Assembly: GCA_003427395.1 (NCBI GenBank)
Contig: BFEA01000004.1
Span: 8,428,303 to 8,483,378 of the forward strand
DNA from: Chara braunii
Lineage: Eukaryota; Plantae; Charophyceae
Direction: 5' to 3'
DNA: 55,076 nucleotides
Shown in pieces: positions 23,036 through 36,400 of this stretch (the first letter of the stretch is position 1; every line of letters starts with the position of its first letter). The translations under genes and the position numbers were made by a program. A model generated the notes under the pieces. The model had not been told where the DNA came from and searched no databases. It worked only from the letters and a program-made list of their open reading frames with translations.

Positions 23036-25974
23036 CTTGGAGACAAGTAAAAAGGGGGCAGAGGTACCTGGGCACGTTTCCGCACCAGGTGCATTCGCAG
23101 ATAAAGGAAGAACGTGGCGATGGGAAAAGTTGCTATGGCGGGAGCAAGGATCATGTTACTTACCCATTCCTTGATGGAAACGGGTGAGTAAAGAGATTAA
23201 ACAGGGGTTCTTTGGCCGGCAAGTCGAATGGTAGGGTCAGAATGGCAGGAGAGCCAGTAGAAAGGGAGGTTAGCAGAGAAACGTGTGCGTGGAGATGGCG
23301 GGGAACAAAGGAGAAGAAGGGTGGGAAACACATATCGCACCTGTTTCTTAGCAGAAACGAGCAAGAGAGGATGCGATTTTGGGGTTTTAGCCCTGTGCAA
23401 ATCGATTGGTGAGGTTAGATTGGTCGGTAGATCAATAGTTTTGGTGTTGTGTGGATGGTGAACTGCACGTGAGGTTGGAGCGCTTCGAATAAGAAAGGGG
23501 TAAGATGTCATGCACGATTGAAGGAGGTGAGTAGGAGAGTTCGTTCTCATTTTGCCAAGTTTGGTGAGTAGGGGGTGTTTGATAAGAGAGAGAGAGCACT
23601 TACCCAGGAAGGTTGAGGATGCAGGAGAATTGAATACTCACAAAGCGCTGCACATTCCCATGTTCTAGTGAAAGATTCAGTCATGGACCTGGCTCGATGG
23701 GAGGTACTGCAGCGAGTGACTTCAACAACACGTATTTCTTCTGCTTTCTAGCGGGAGATTCATACTCTCTATCTCTCTGCGCGGATGGTTGGCAAGCAGT
23801 GTATATTTCCATGTTCTAACGAAAGATTCATGCCCACTCTGAAAGTTGGAGAATGAAGGAGCGCAACCCTCTTGCTGCCTATCCCTGTCGGAGATAGGGA
23901 CCTCATCCCAGTTCGCTAGCCATTTTCGACCACTGAGACGTTCATCTTCGGGCTTATCGTTGTAGCTTGCCGACGCGCTAGTTATTGTGGACGCCCTTAT
24001 TCAAGGTGCTGGTGTTGCATGTGCGGTGCTTGTTCTCAATACATCGCCTTGACTTTTTTTTTTTGGAACTGCACGTGCGTGCGCATGGAGAGAGAGAATG
24101 ATGGCCTACCTGAGAAGACTAGCGATACAGAAATAATCGAGAATTGAGCTACGGAAGATTCGGGCTCATCGTGCATGTCTGAAGAGGGTGCTTGTTGCGG
24201 GCGATAAAGAGGAAGAGGGAGAGAGACTTACCTCTTCCCGATGTTGTGGACCGTGGTGGTCATCACGCTGCTGGTAGTCGTCTCCGCTCATTGCTTTTCT
24301 GCTCGCGGTCGCCGCTGAAGCCAGGCTGGTCGTTCCATGGCCGCGACTTCCCTTTTGAGCGCAGTCGCTCCCTTGGCCCGTGTTTGTTCTCCTTGTCTGA
24401 ATTCGCATGAACCTGGCTCTGTCATATGACCAGGTGCATTGCGGAAAGCAAGAACTTATTGTGGAAATCAGGCAATTATCAAGGAGGCAGCCAGCCTGAG
24501 CTAGGCAACAGAGAGGAGAGGGGCTCACTTGTTGGAACTTGCTGAGATACTCAGGCGGAGTTTGACTCATGATGGAGGATAACGAGTGCCATACCGCGTG
24601 TACAGCATGAACTGAGTGAACCAGAGAAAGGGGCAGCCGAGAAAGAAGAGGGAGCGAGAAAGACTGGTAGCGAGCAGAGTAGGGAGAGAAGGGAGGCAGT
24701 AGTGTGGGGCCAAGAGATTCATCTGGTGGAGTTGTTTGCGGTCAAGAGGTTGGACGTTGCTGGCCATACGATAGGTCACAGGTCTTCGTTGTTGTTTCTT
24801 TCTTTTTGGGTAGACCGTTACTGTTATTTGGTGGCTACTACTGCTAATTCAACTGCAAGTTGTTGCGACTGTGGGAGCGGCATACTCTACTCCATACGCT
24901 ACTACATAACAACGTCCTACAGTTGACTTCAGCAGCATGTTTTTGTTGAGTTATGGTAGCACGCTTGTTAACCACCTGGCAGTACGCTTATGAAAGGTAA
25001 AGAAAACGATTGTCGTATATTCTTTGTGCACTTTTACTCAAATGTGGCCGTCGGGTTGCGCAGTGAAAGTTGGAGTCGGTTTGAGTCGGGTTACTACAAG
25101 GCTACTTACCTTTGGAGTGTTGATCATTGCTATGTTCCTCACCGCCAAAAGGATAAGTCGGATTGTTGGTTGCTCTGTTTTCAGCAGCTACTACGACTGT
25201 GTCCCTGGGTGTCGTTGTTGATGGGTCCTGTTGTGCACAGCCACTGAGTACACAGTGTTTTGTTGTGCCCTTACTGTGTGACACCGCAGCTGCTGCAATT
25301 TAGTATTACGGCAGCTTGCAACTGTTGCACACTGCAACATTTTTCCTACATTCGAATAAAACACAGGTGGATTGTGCTCTATTTGAAAGCGAACCTTCTA
25401 GGTTACATTTGGCCTAAGGGGAGGTACAGTGATTTTGAGGGAGAGACCCGAATCTGCAAAGGAAAGGGCGTCACCGTTGCGACTTGGTTGGTCATCGTTT
25501 TAGTCATCTTCGTGGCGTTTGAATGCGGTTCGGATGTTTTTGTTGCGGTCTGGTCGCCATTGTGGGGCCCTCAGGCGCACCAAGGTTTCTAAGCCCGCTC
25601 GTGCGAGTTTGAGTGCATCCCTTTTGGGTCTTAGCGACTAAAAGAATTTATCTCTGCCTTTCTTATTCAAGGTCGGGTCTATTGGTTCAGAGAGAAAGGC
25701 GGCAGGCGGGATTGAAACCCGTAATCTGTGTCAAGGCCTCTATGGGAGGTTCGCCCCACCGATTGCGGGAGCTCTGTTGGGGTTCAGGCGGGACCCTGGA
25801 GGCAAGGGACTTTAAGGTAGGCCGATGCAATCTCCCTTAGGATCCCGTATACCCCTATCTATATCACCCTTTATTCAGTTCTTCAACTGAATCAGCGAAA
25901 ATTTACTATGCTTGTTTAATTTCATTTTGCTTAAAATGGAATCCAAGATGTTTGCTTGCGATGATTTGAAATGG

Positions 25975-26545
25975 GGCTGGAGATGAGGTCCTCATGACTG
26001 ATCTGGTCACTTTGCTTGTTTGCCTAAGACATTGAACTAGGGTTGGAGATGAGGTCCTTTTGACTTATCTGGTCTCTTTGCTCATTTGCCTAAGACGTTG
26101 AACTAGGGTTGGAGACTAGGTCCTCCTGACTGATCCGGTTGCTTTGCTCGTTTGCCTAAAAAATTGAACTTAGGCTGGAGATGAGGTCCTCCTGACAGAT
26201 CCGGTCGCTTTGCTCGTTTGCCTAAGACATTGAACCGGGGCTGGAGATGAGGTCTTCCTGATTGATCCGGTCACTTTGCGCGTTTGCCTAATACATCAAA
26301 CTGGGGCTAGAGATGAGGTCCTCCTGATTGATCCGGTCGCTTTGTTCGTTTGCCTAAGACATTGAACTGGGGTTGGAGATGAGGTCATCTTGACTGATCC
26401 AGCCGCTTTGCTCATTTGTTTAAGACATTGAACTAGGGTTGGAGATGAAGTCCTCCTGACTGATCCGGTCGCTTTGCTCATTTGCCTAAGACATTGAAAT
26501 GGGTTTGCAAGTGAAGTCATTTCAACTGATCCGGTCACTTTGCTA
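25975..26545. repeat. ~66 bp tandem array x ~9
   Basis: ggagatgaggtcctcctgactgatccggtcgctttgctcgtttgcctaagacattgaact units; unit length is divisible by 3. Confidence 0.9.
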
Positions 26546-28925
26546 AGCCAATCAGTTTTGCTCGTTGACAAAGGTCTGATTTTTCTCCTTGTGAGAATAG
26601 TCCAGGCTAGTGTGTTAAGGATTGCATGGGGTTTGACTGAGAACAACTTGGAAAGTTAAAGATTAACTAAATAAGATACAGAACTCGTGTCTTTGTGAAT
26701 CAGGACAAGCAAAATATAAAAACTTTAGATGAACGAACCCTTGTTTTTGAATTGGTTGAATGGGTTGTTGACATGACATGCTTGCTAGCAATACCTTGTC
26801 TTTTGTTAAAGTTCTGTCTGTTTTTTTTGCTTAGTTGGGTAGTCTGTTAGTGCTCGCGACGTGCTGGAGCTATTGGAGTTAGTTCAATTCCTGCATTTTC
26901 CGAGTTAAGTTTATTCTGGGATCACTTATTTTACTTGCCTCTGTATAAATTTTGGAAAGCTAGTTTTCCTACGGGAAGCGCTACCGAAATTTCTACAAAA
27001 CCAAGGAGGTAGTCAAATTCTGATTTTCAAAGTTTAACTTTTGTCTGAGTTTTATGTCTGGCTTAGTTAAAATCTGGGAAGTCTGCTTTTCTAGGGTAGG
27101 TGATGCCCAAATTTTTACTAAATCGGGGATTTAGACAAAATTTGACTTTATGAAGTCAAGAGTTGTTTCTGAGTTTTATATTTAGCCTCGTATAAATTCT
27201 GAAAAGACATTTTTCCTACGGGAAGCGTTGCTGAAATCTTCTTAGTTTTGAAGAGTTAGATTATTTTTTGGTAGGATAAGTTTTGGTGATCCGCCCTGTA
27301 TAGGGGAGATGCTGTCAGAATTTTCCTTATTCTTTGAGGTTCATTTGAGAGAGAGATTTAAGATCTAGTCTTATGAGATTTTGAGTGAGATGTGATATGG
27401 CGATTTATTCTTCATATGTCTCTATATGTTTAAAGTTGAAGTATTTGGGATTTGACCTGTGTTGTGTAACAGGTCCTTCTTGGCCGTTTTGATTTAAGAT
27501 CTGACTAGTTCAGCCCAATCCTATGAGGATCGTCTTCTGTTATATTTTGATAACGAGTCGGTTGGTTGATTGTCGACTTGTCAGCTTAGGACACAACTTT
27601 GCTTACACCTGTACCTCAACTTGATGCTTTAGCCCTGAGATTTGATGTGTTTCTTTGATGGTTTTAACCAAACTTCTTTTAATGGTCATTATGAAGAACC
27701 GATGGGGTTCTTAATGGAAAGTTGAATAATGGTTGGGCCTTGAGTATGTGAGGCGTGGTGTGAGTTACAAGGAACAGTAAAGTTGACCACATTGGTGTAT
27801 AGCAATGTGGCTTTCGTATGTGTATGTGCTTTATGCACATTAGTATTTGGAGCTTGGTATACGAGCCTTACCTTGGAGGCAATGAGAATGACAACCATGT
27901 GTCGCGTGATCTGCATACCTGATGGGTTTATTTTTCCCCTTTTTATCTTATCTCGAGTTCTGATCTTAATGTGGTTTGAATGTATTTTCTGATTGATTTT
28001 GCTTGTTAATTTTTATAATTGGACGTTGAAGTCTATGGCGGCCGTCACCTTGACCTGGTTGCGGGCCCCGATGAGGTAGCTCGTCTCCATAGTCATAAGC
28101 GTTGACCACCACAGCGGGTCGGAACCTGTCTGCCACCTACTCTCCATAGGGTGCAGAAGAGGGTAGACTTCTCAATCACCTTAGAGGTTATCTAGCGTCA
28201 AGAGTTTAACCCCTCAAGGCGCATGTCAGTTGATACTTGAGTGTCGAACGCGACACTCGAGACCACTGAGGGCCACGCGATTATGGGTACTACATAGTAC
28301 GCCGCACGATATTCATTCTGAACAGTCTATACGACTGCTTGCGTATTTAAGCATGGCTAGTCGATACGAGTAAGCCTGCGCCCGCGCGATATTTATTATG
28401 AGTTTCACGCACGACGCCTAACCGATTCAGTGTTGGGAAGGTTATGGGTCAGATAATAAAGGGACTAGGAGTGTTTGTGTGAGTAATTTGATTCTTCATT
28501 TTTGGCGTGGTGTAACGCGTGGTAGGAAGGATGCGTCCTAGTCGGCCGGCAACGAGTCGCGCTTGGGACTTCAGCCCCCCAGTACGTAGCCTCACGTGCG
28601 GGTATGATAGAGGTGTGCGACCTCGCGTACCCCGTATGCAACAGCACACGAGAAAACACCCTCGGCTGGTCCACCTTTGCGATCGTATGTAAAAGTTTTC
28701 GTACTGTGGACTGGTAGCTCAGCGAGAATACGCCCATCCAAGGGATGGTAACAGCTCTCGCGGGTGGAGGTAAGTTGTACCTCTCGTGACCCTATCATGT
28801 CGTAGGGGTTCACGAGAGGTATGGCTGGCGCACTTGGCTAGAGCGGCAACGCTTTGCGACAAAGTCCTGCAAATCCTGCGTGACGCGGCCAGGAGGGTCC
28901 CCCTGTGGGACCGATGCGCTCGACA

Positions 28926-29822
28926 ACGTCCACCATTGATCGAGTTACTTCGTTAGATAGGCCAAACTGAGTAATTAGCACACCTAGGCAGTCTTCCCTA
29001 CATGACAGCGCGCCAACAACCTTATTGTACTCTCCCTTCACATAATCCAGCTTGAAGTCATATTGATCTATGACTTCGATCCAACGTTTGAGTGCATCAA
29101 AAAGAACAGGTTGCGGGGCGGTCACCGTGCTATAGTTCTTTACAAAGTTACGATAGTAGCCGATCATCTCTAAGAAAAATTTGACCTCGGTTACAGGCAG
29201 AGGTCGTGGCCAGTCATGAATGCTAGCCACCTTCGCATCTTCAGGCCTTATCCCTTCCCCGGATATCTCATGACCTAAGTACAAGATTTTAGTGCGCCCA
29301 AATTCGCATTTTTCTAGATTAATCTTATAGTTGTGATGTCGCAGGAGTGAAAATGCAGTTTCTACATGTTGAGCATGCTCCTCGACTGTTCTACTGAAGA
29401 TAAGAACATCGTCAAGGTAGACGACAACAAACGTATCCAAGTAATAATGAAACACCTTGTTCATGGCATGTTGGAGTGTTCCCGGCGCATTGCAAAGGCC
29501 AAAGGGCATCACCACAAACTCGCATAGACCGTACCTGGTCTGAAAAATGGTTTTGTGTTGGTCCTCTAATCTAATGGCAATCTGATGGTAGTCGGGCTTT
29601 AAGTCTATCTTTGTACAGTACTTACATCCTTGCACCCTATCCAATAGGTTGTCGATGCAAGGTAAAGGCTCTGTGTTCTTAGCCATGTTGGCGATGAGGC
29701 CTTTATAATCTATGCACATCCTTGATGATCCCCCCTTCTTCGGAACGAATAGTACTGGTGAGCCGAAGGGGGAAGTGCTAGGCCGAATCCAACCCTTCTT
29801 TATGAGCTCTTTCAGTTGCCTC
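28926..29822 (-). pseudogene. Ty3/gypsy RT and partially deleted RNase H
   Basis: [50 protein letters not shown]. Confidence 0.93.
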
Positions 29823-29824
29823 TA

Positions 29825-31010
29825 CCATTGTCTCTACCATTTCACCCCTCCCCATGTGTGCACCCTCAATGGTTAGTGTACAGCGGCGCCACCAGATAGC
29901 CACAACACCGCTTTCCTTCCAATCAAAAAAGGATTGGAGGTAAAGACTGAGGCTTGGGCCATTGAATTTCCACAGCGCAGGGCTCTCCACTCCCACGGAC
30001 ACTCAGCGTCAGTTTCTAAGGCCACCCAGATTCGTGCCCACCATCGCCAGGTAAGAACTGATGACGGGCATTGCAAGAAAAGGTGTTCAATTGTTTCGTT
30101 TACCTTCCCAGTTGGAAAACCCTCCATGCAGGCCGTGCACTGCGGCAGGGCCACGCCTCTCTGGCCCAGGTGGGTGTGGTCAATGAGCCATATATTTGCG
30201 GGGAGGCAACGGTGAGCTATTTGCAATTGCAGCGAGGTGAACTTGGCAGGTTTACACTTGACCTCCTTAAACTATTTAATTGGTTTGAGTGCCTCTAGTG
30301 GTATGTTCAGATGCCTTGCCCATTGATCCACTATCCAGCCTCTTAGATTGATCCGGGTCCTTAGTAGTCTGTAAGTGGCCTTAACCCCGAGGTTGTGTAG
30401 GGATCGTTACCTAGGTTGTGAATCTTGCGAGGGGATCCGCCACCTCCACTCCCCCGGCTCGATGGGGAGTTTCTGAATAGAAAGCTCAGGCCTGAAAGCT
30501 ACCCAGGAGTCCCCCTCCTTCAGCACCGTCCGGTGCCCCCCGTACCAGTCAATTCTGGCAGTTTTTACAGAACACTTTTATCAGTGCTTCACCCTGGCTG
30601 GCCATCAGCACCTGAACGATGTGGGCCTCATCTCCTTCTATTGCCACCCAATCCCCCTCCACAACCGTTGGGCCACGCCGCAGAATTTGTAGCCATGCCA
30701 AGGGGAGGGAGAAGATAATTTCTTCAAGCTTCTCCCCAATCTGGTGGCAGTGTGGCAATCTACCTCTGAGTTGGCCTTCTGTTATCCAGTCAGTGTGTGT
30801 GCTGTCCCATATGCGTTCCACATTGTGGACTCCCTTCCTGATCCAAGAGTCCCATGGTGCCCCCGAGCTTGTGAAGACTCTCCCCTGTCGATCCGCTATC
30901 CAGCGATTGCCGAACAAGGGTTGGCGGAGAACCTCCTCCCACCTACTGGGAGGTGGTCTATCAGGAAAAGGAAGCCGCCGCCAATCTTCGATCAATCGAA
31001 GCCAAAAGTT
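29825..31010 (-). pseudogene. Internal fragment of a LINE A/C-family ORF2 C-terminus
   Basis: RWEEVLRQPLFGNRWI and QCTAC...ETIEHLFLQC match LINEs A and C. Confidence 0.88.
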
Positions 31011-31092
31011 ATATTTTCGAGTCTTGTTTTGCGTTAAATTTTGTATCGTATCGTATCCTATCCTATCGTATACTATCTTATCCTATCGTACT

Positions 31093-31150
<58 letters not shown>

Positions 31151-31165
31151 AATCACATCTGATCT

Positions 31166-31234
<69 letters not shown>

Positions 31235-33491
31235 NNNNNNNNNNNNNNNNNNNNNNNNNNNNNNNNNNNNNNNNNNNNNNNNNNNNNNNNNNNNNNNNNN
31301 NNNNNNNNNNNNNNNNNNNNNNNNNNNNNNNNNNNNNNNNNNNNNNNNNNNNNNNNNNNNNNNNNNNNNNNNNNNNNNNNNNNNNNNNNNNNNNNNNNNN
31401 NNNNNNNNNNNNNNNNNNNNNNNNNNNNNNNNNNNNNNNNNNNNNNNNNNNNNNNNNNNNNNNNNNNNNNNNNNNNNNNNNNNNNNNNNNNNNNNNNNNN
31501 NNNNNNNNNNNNNNNNNNNNNNNNNNNNNNNNNNNNNNNNNNNNNNNNNNNNNNNNNNNNNNNNNNNNNNNNNNNNNNNNNNNNNNNNNNNNNNNNNNNN
31601 NNNNNNNNNNNNNNNNNNNNNNNNNNNNNNNNNNNNNNNNNNNNNNNNNNNNNNNNNNNNNNNNNNNNNNNNNNNNNNNNNNNNNNNNNNNNNNNNNNNN
31701 NNNNNNNNNNNNNNNNNNNNNNNNNNNNNNNNNNNNNNNNNNNNNNNNNNNNNNNNNNNNNNNNNNNNNNNNNNNNNNNNNNNNNNNNNNNNNNNNNNNN
31801 NNNNNNNNNNNNNNNNNNNNNNNNNNNNNNNNNNNNNNNNNNNNNNNNNNNNNNNNNNNNNNNNNNNNNNNNNNNNNNNNNNNNNNNNNNNNNNNNNNNN
31901 NNNNNNNNNNNNNNNNNNNNNNNNNNNNNNNNNNNNNNNNNNNNNNNNNNNNNNNNNNNNNNNNNNNNNNNNNNNNNNNNNNNNNNNNNNNNNNNNNNNN
32001 NNNNNNNNNNNNNNNNNNNNNNNNNNNNNNNNNNNNNNNNNNNNNNNNNNNNNNNNNNNNNNNNNNNNNNNNNNNNNNNNNNNNNNNNNNNNNNNNNNNN
32101 NNNNNNNNNNNNNNNNNNNNNNNNNNNNNNNNNNNNNNNNNNNNNNNNNNNNNNNNNNNNNNNNNNNNNNNNNNNNNNNNNNNNNNNNNCGAAGGGGTTG
32201 AAGTCGAAGGCCTAACTTTAGTGAGTGGAAGAGACATGCTTTATTTATGCATCTTTCTACACTTCATTCCTTGTCCTTAATGTGCGAAACGCGAGTGTGG
32301 ATTAAAAAGAAATAATAATAAGAAAAAAAAAAAACAAAAAAAAAAACCTTACGATTCTGGCTCCTTATGCATTCTAGGGAGCGTCAGTCCGGTTCCTATT
32401 CCACCGGCAAGTCAAGAGAATAAAATGAGTACGCACACCAACTCCTCTCCCCATTCTGGTTGAGAGATCCAAGGGGGCGGCATTGATTTTGACGTGCCAA
32501 CTTCTGTGCTTGAACGAGCTTCCGAAGGCTTAGGGTCTGGTACTCTTCTTGTCGGTCTCTAACGGGCTTTGGGCATCTCCTTTTTGGCAGACGGGAAATG
32601 CATGCAAACAATGGTCGTTGAGGCCCTCCCACTTCAAAGTACTTTTGTTTTCTGTTTTTCTTCAAAATCTATGAATTTACGTAGGAATTATGCGTGCCGT
32701 CGCAAGCATGCTAGGAATTTTGTTCGCAGTTGGGAGCTCCTGAGTTTGCAGGGGCACTTCCCACTAACGTGTCCTTTCTTGTTCATGAGCGTCCCCAAAA
32801 TCGTCCCGAAAAACCCCGGGAATTTTCTATAGGAATAGGAATGGGTGTGGAAATTAGTGCCCCCGATCACGTGCGGGTATTGCTTTTGAATTTTTCAATC
32901 TTGAATTAGTCCTAGGAAAAGGTTTTGTTCGTAATCGGCCTCACACATTACTGTTTCGGCGCCTTTTCGTTTCTACATCGGCGCCATGCATGCAAGCTTT
33001 CCTCGCCTCCAGCTACGCCTCAGACTATCCTCACCGTTCTCCTTCGCGCCTTCTTCCTTTAACCCGTAATTGTTTCCCATCTCATTTTGTTTTGCCTTTG
33101 CGCTTTCTGAATCTTGGTTCTGCTCCGCACCACTTTTCGTCCCCTCTCCTTTCCAGCCTTCATCTCCGTACAGGAAGTCCCTACCGATCACCTCTCAGAG
33201 CCTTCCAATCGCCAGACGATGGCGTGTAAGGAGGATTTTAATCCCCTCGCACTATGATCTGATTAGTGCAAAGAACTCGCGCGAATCGATATGGCCTTCC
33301 CAAGGCGATTAATCCCTCTCCCCTCCTCTCTCTCTTCTACTATTTCTCCTTCGCTTTTCCTAGCTTCCGCCTCCCTCTCCGCAACTATAAAATCTGCAAT
33401 TACGTTCGAAAAGCTCTCTCTCAACCCATCTGCCGGCTTCCGGGTAGTGACTAGATGATGTAACGATCGGCGAGTCAAAAAGTCATGACGA

Positions 33492-36400
33492 GTTGGTTGT
33501 AGTTTCATGAGGCTGTGGGGGGAGAAACTGGCCAGACATTGTCTGTGTCCAGGAAACACACCTGATGGACACCCCAGAGCACAACCGCACCCACAAGATG
33601 ATCTGGCCATACCAAGCCTTCAGGGCCCATGCCCCGAAACCTGGAAGTGCAGGGGTAGCTATCTGGATCCCCCCGGAGTCCAGTGCAGACCCGCTCCATT
33701 GGGTGATAGACCAAGAGGAAGGCATGTGGGTGTCTATCCTGGTCACACTGGAAATCGAAATCGTATGCATAGTGTGTATCTACGCCCCCAACATGGCAAG
33801 GGAGAGAAGAATCTTCTTCGAGAACATCAAAGCACAGATACCGGAAGGAATCCCGGTCATTATTGCAGGGGACTACAATGCAGCCCCGGATCGATGGATG
33901 GATAGATGGCGGATCCCCTCCCTTGCCCAGGTGTATGTGGAGGAGGATGAGCAGATGATAAACGACTTATGTCTCTCCCTGAAAATCTTCGACTCCTTCC
34001 GGAAACTGAACCCGGACACAAGATTCTACTCATGTCAACGGAAGACCGGTACAGAAAGTCAGACAAAATCCAGGATTGATCTAATTCTCATCTCGGAGGA
34101 CATGGGGGAATCGCTGCTTTTAGCAACGATCTTGCCTGCAAGTCCATACCCGGGCCTAAACCACAAAATGTGCATGGTCACTCTATCCTTTCGAAAGAAA
34201 CCATACTGGGGACCGGGCTTCTACAAGCTCAACACTTGCATCTTGAAACAAAAAACCTTTCATAGCTACATCGCGGACTGCTGGAAATACTGGCACATGC
34301 AAAAACAACATTTCCAACAGGCAATAGATTGGTTTAACAACGGGCTGTTCTATCTGGGTAAAAAAAGTCAAGAATACTCTAAACTATTGGCAGCCAAGAA
34401 ACATCAACAGGAGATGGAACTACACCAGCAGCTGCAACAACTTCAGCACCAGGACCAGCCTAACGACAACCAAATTTTGCAAGCAGAAGAATACTCAGAG
34501 ATTCAAACGCTCAAAAACCGGCAACGCTGGGACGGAATACGAATAAGAGGACGACTGACACGATACCAAACAGAAGGAACAATGGATAGGAATTTTTTTA
34601 GCATGGCCAGAGTGCGCTCACACAGAACCACCATTGAAGCATTATACGATCCACAAACCGGACACCAAGATATTGTCACCTCTAACCCCCACTGCACACA
34701 AATAGCACGATCATTCTTCCAAGATTTGTTCACCTCAAGGTGCGTCCGGCAAGAAAGAAACGCCAGGGAGAAAGATATTGCAGATTTCTTGACCCCACTA
34801 GAGAAGACCCTGACAGGCCAGCAAAAAATAGACCTGGACCGTCCCCTGTCCAAGGAGGAGATATGGACGGCGATGATGCAGATGGAAGAAGAGAAGACGT
34901 CGGGCATCGACGGGTTCCCTAAGGAATTCTGGGAAACCTTCTGGACGCAGCTAGCCCTCGATCTCATGGAGTTCTATCAGCAGGTGTGGGAAACAGGGAC
35001 AATGGGGGAGTTGGTGGGTCAGGGTGTTCTTACTTTGTTACACAAAAAGGGGGATAAGATGGACATCAGAAACTACAGGCCAATAACCTTGCTCACAGTC
35101 GTCTATAAAATGTTAGCAAAGGCCCTGGCAAACCGACAGCTCCCGGTTCTGGAAGATATTATCCATCCGATGCAAACCGGGGTCATCAAAGGCCGCAGGT
35201 TCCAGGATAACATACTATTAGTTAATGAACTGCTTAAGCTGACAAGACAGGACAAACAAAACGCTGCGGTGGTTTTCATAGATTTTGAAAAAGCTTACGA
35301 CCATGTGGACTGGCTATTCCTAGACAAATGTATGGAAAGAATGAACATAGGGTCAGTCTTTCGCCGCTGGACTGCGGTGCTGCACCATAACGCAACCACG
35401 TGCGTCCAAGTCAATGGAAGGATAGCACCACCCTTCCCATTGCGGCGGTCGGTCCGTCAGGGGGACCCTCTGGCACCCTTCCTGTTCATAATAGTGATGG
35501 AGGCATTGGCAACAAATCTTCGAACTAACAAAGACCTGAAAAAATTGCAGATCTCTTCCATCCCGGAAGAAGCAATCCCGATCTACTCAATGTTCGTGGA
35601 CGATCTGACACTCATGGTCGACGCAGACGCAACAAACATGGAAGACATCAGACAATTGCTCGAGCGATTTACAATAGTTTCAGACATGACGGTCAACTGG
35701 GGAAACAAGACCCTGGGCTGGTGGATCCACCACCAAGGGGTCCGCCCCCCCGAGTTTCCGTAGGTCAAGTGGTTGCCAGACACGGCCCCAGTCACGGTGC
35801 TGGGAATCATGCTAACGGCACTGGGCAGGCCCGCATCGAACGACGAATGGATTATGAAGCCCGCTCTAGAGAAACTAGCACACTGGAAAGACCGTCATAC
35901 CTCTCTTATTGGTAGGGCATTGGCAATCAATAGCATGGTATTGGCGGCCCTTTGGTACAAATCGGCAATTTGGGCCCTTAGCAAGGAGTCCATTCGATCA
36001 CTTAAGCGACAGGTAACAGCCCTGCTATGGAGAGGAAACGGAGAACTTCCAAATGTTATCAGCAGGGTAGCCTGGAGCTCGGTGATACAACCGAAAGACA
36101 AAGGAGGCCTAGGGATCTTGGACCCAGACACTCAGTTCAAGGCATTAACAATTCAATGGATCCGGAGACTGTTATTCACTCAACGCCTCCCATGGCATGC
36201 CCTTGCCCTGGAACAAATAGCTAGGCTTGCCCCGCAGGCACCGCAGGGAGTCAATCCACTAACCTGGTGGGAGGACCGTTACTGGACAATACCACGTTCC
36301 CGTCCGGATCTGGTCAGGGATGACTTCTGGACCCGAGTTCTACACGCCTGGCGACAACTCCCGCTGCCTGATAAACCCCCACCAACCAGATGGGAAGAGG

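Larger units (their letters stand above)
21948..28925. mobile_element. ~7 kb composite insertion (TGT...ACA ends) splitting the gypsy pol
   Basis: Pol reads ...VTRSMVD at ~28930 and resumes (Y)KEDLVMMDII at ~21947; no clear TSD. Confidence 0.6.

Noticed and set aside
25975-26545. 66-bp array as CRISPR
   Set aside because: Head-to-tail tandem units without unique spacers
31041-32237. Long ORFs across 31-32 kb and 18.9-19.4 kb
   Set aside because: Artefacts of N gaps and microsatellites
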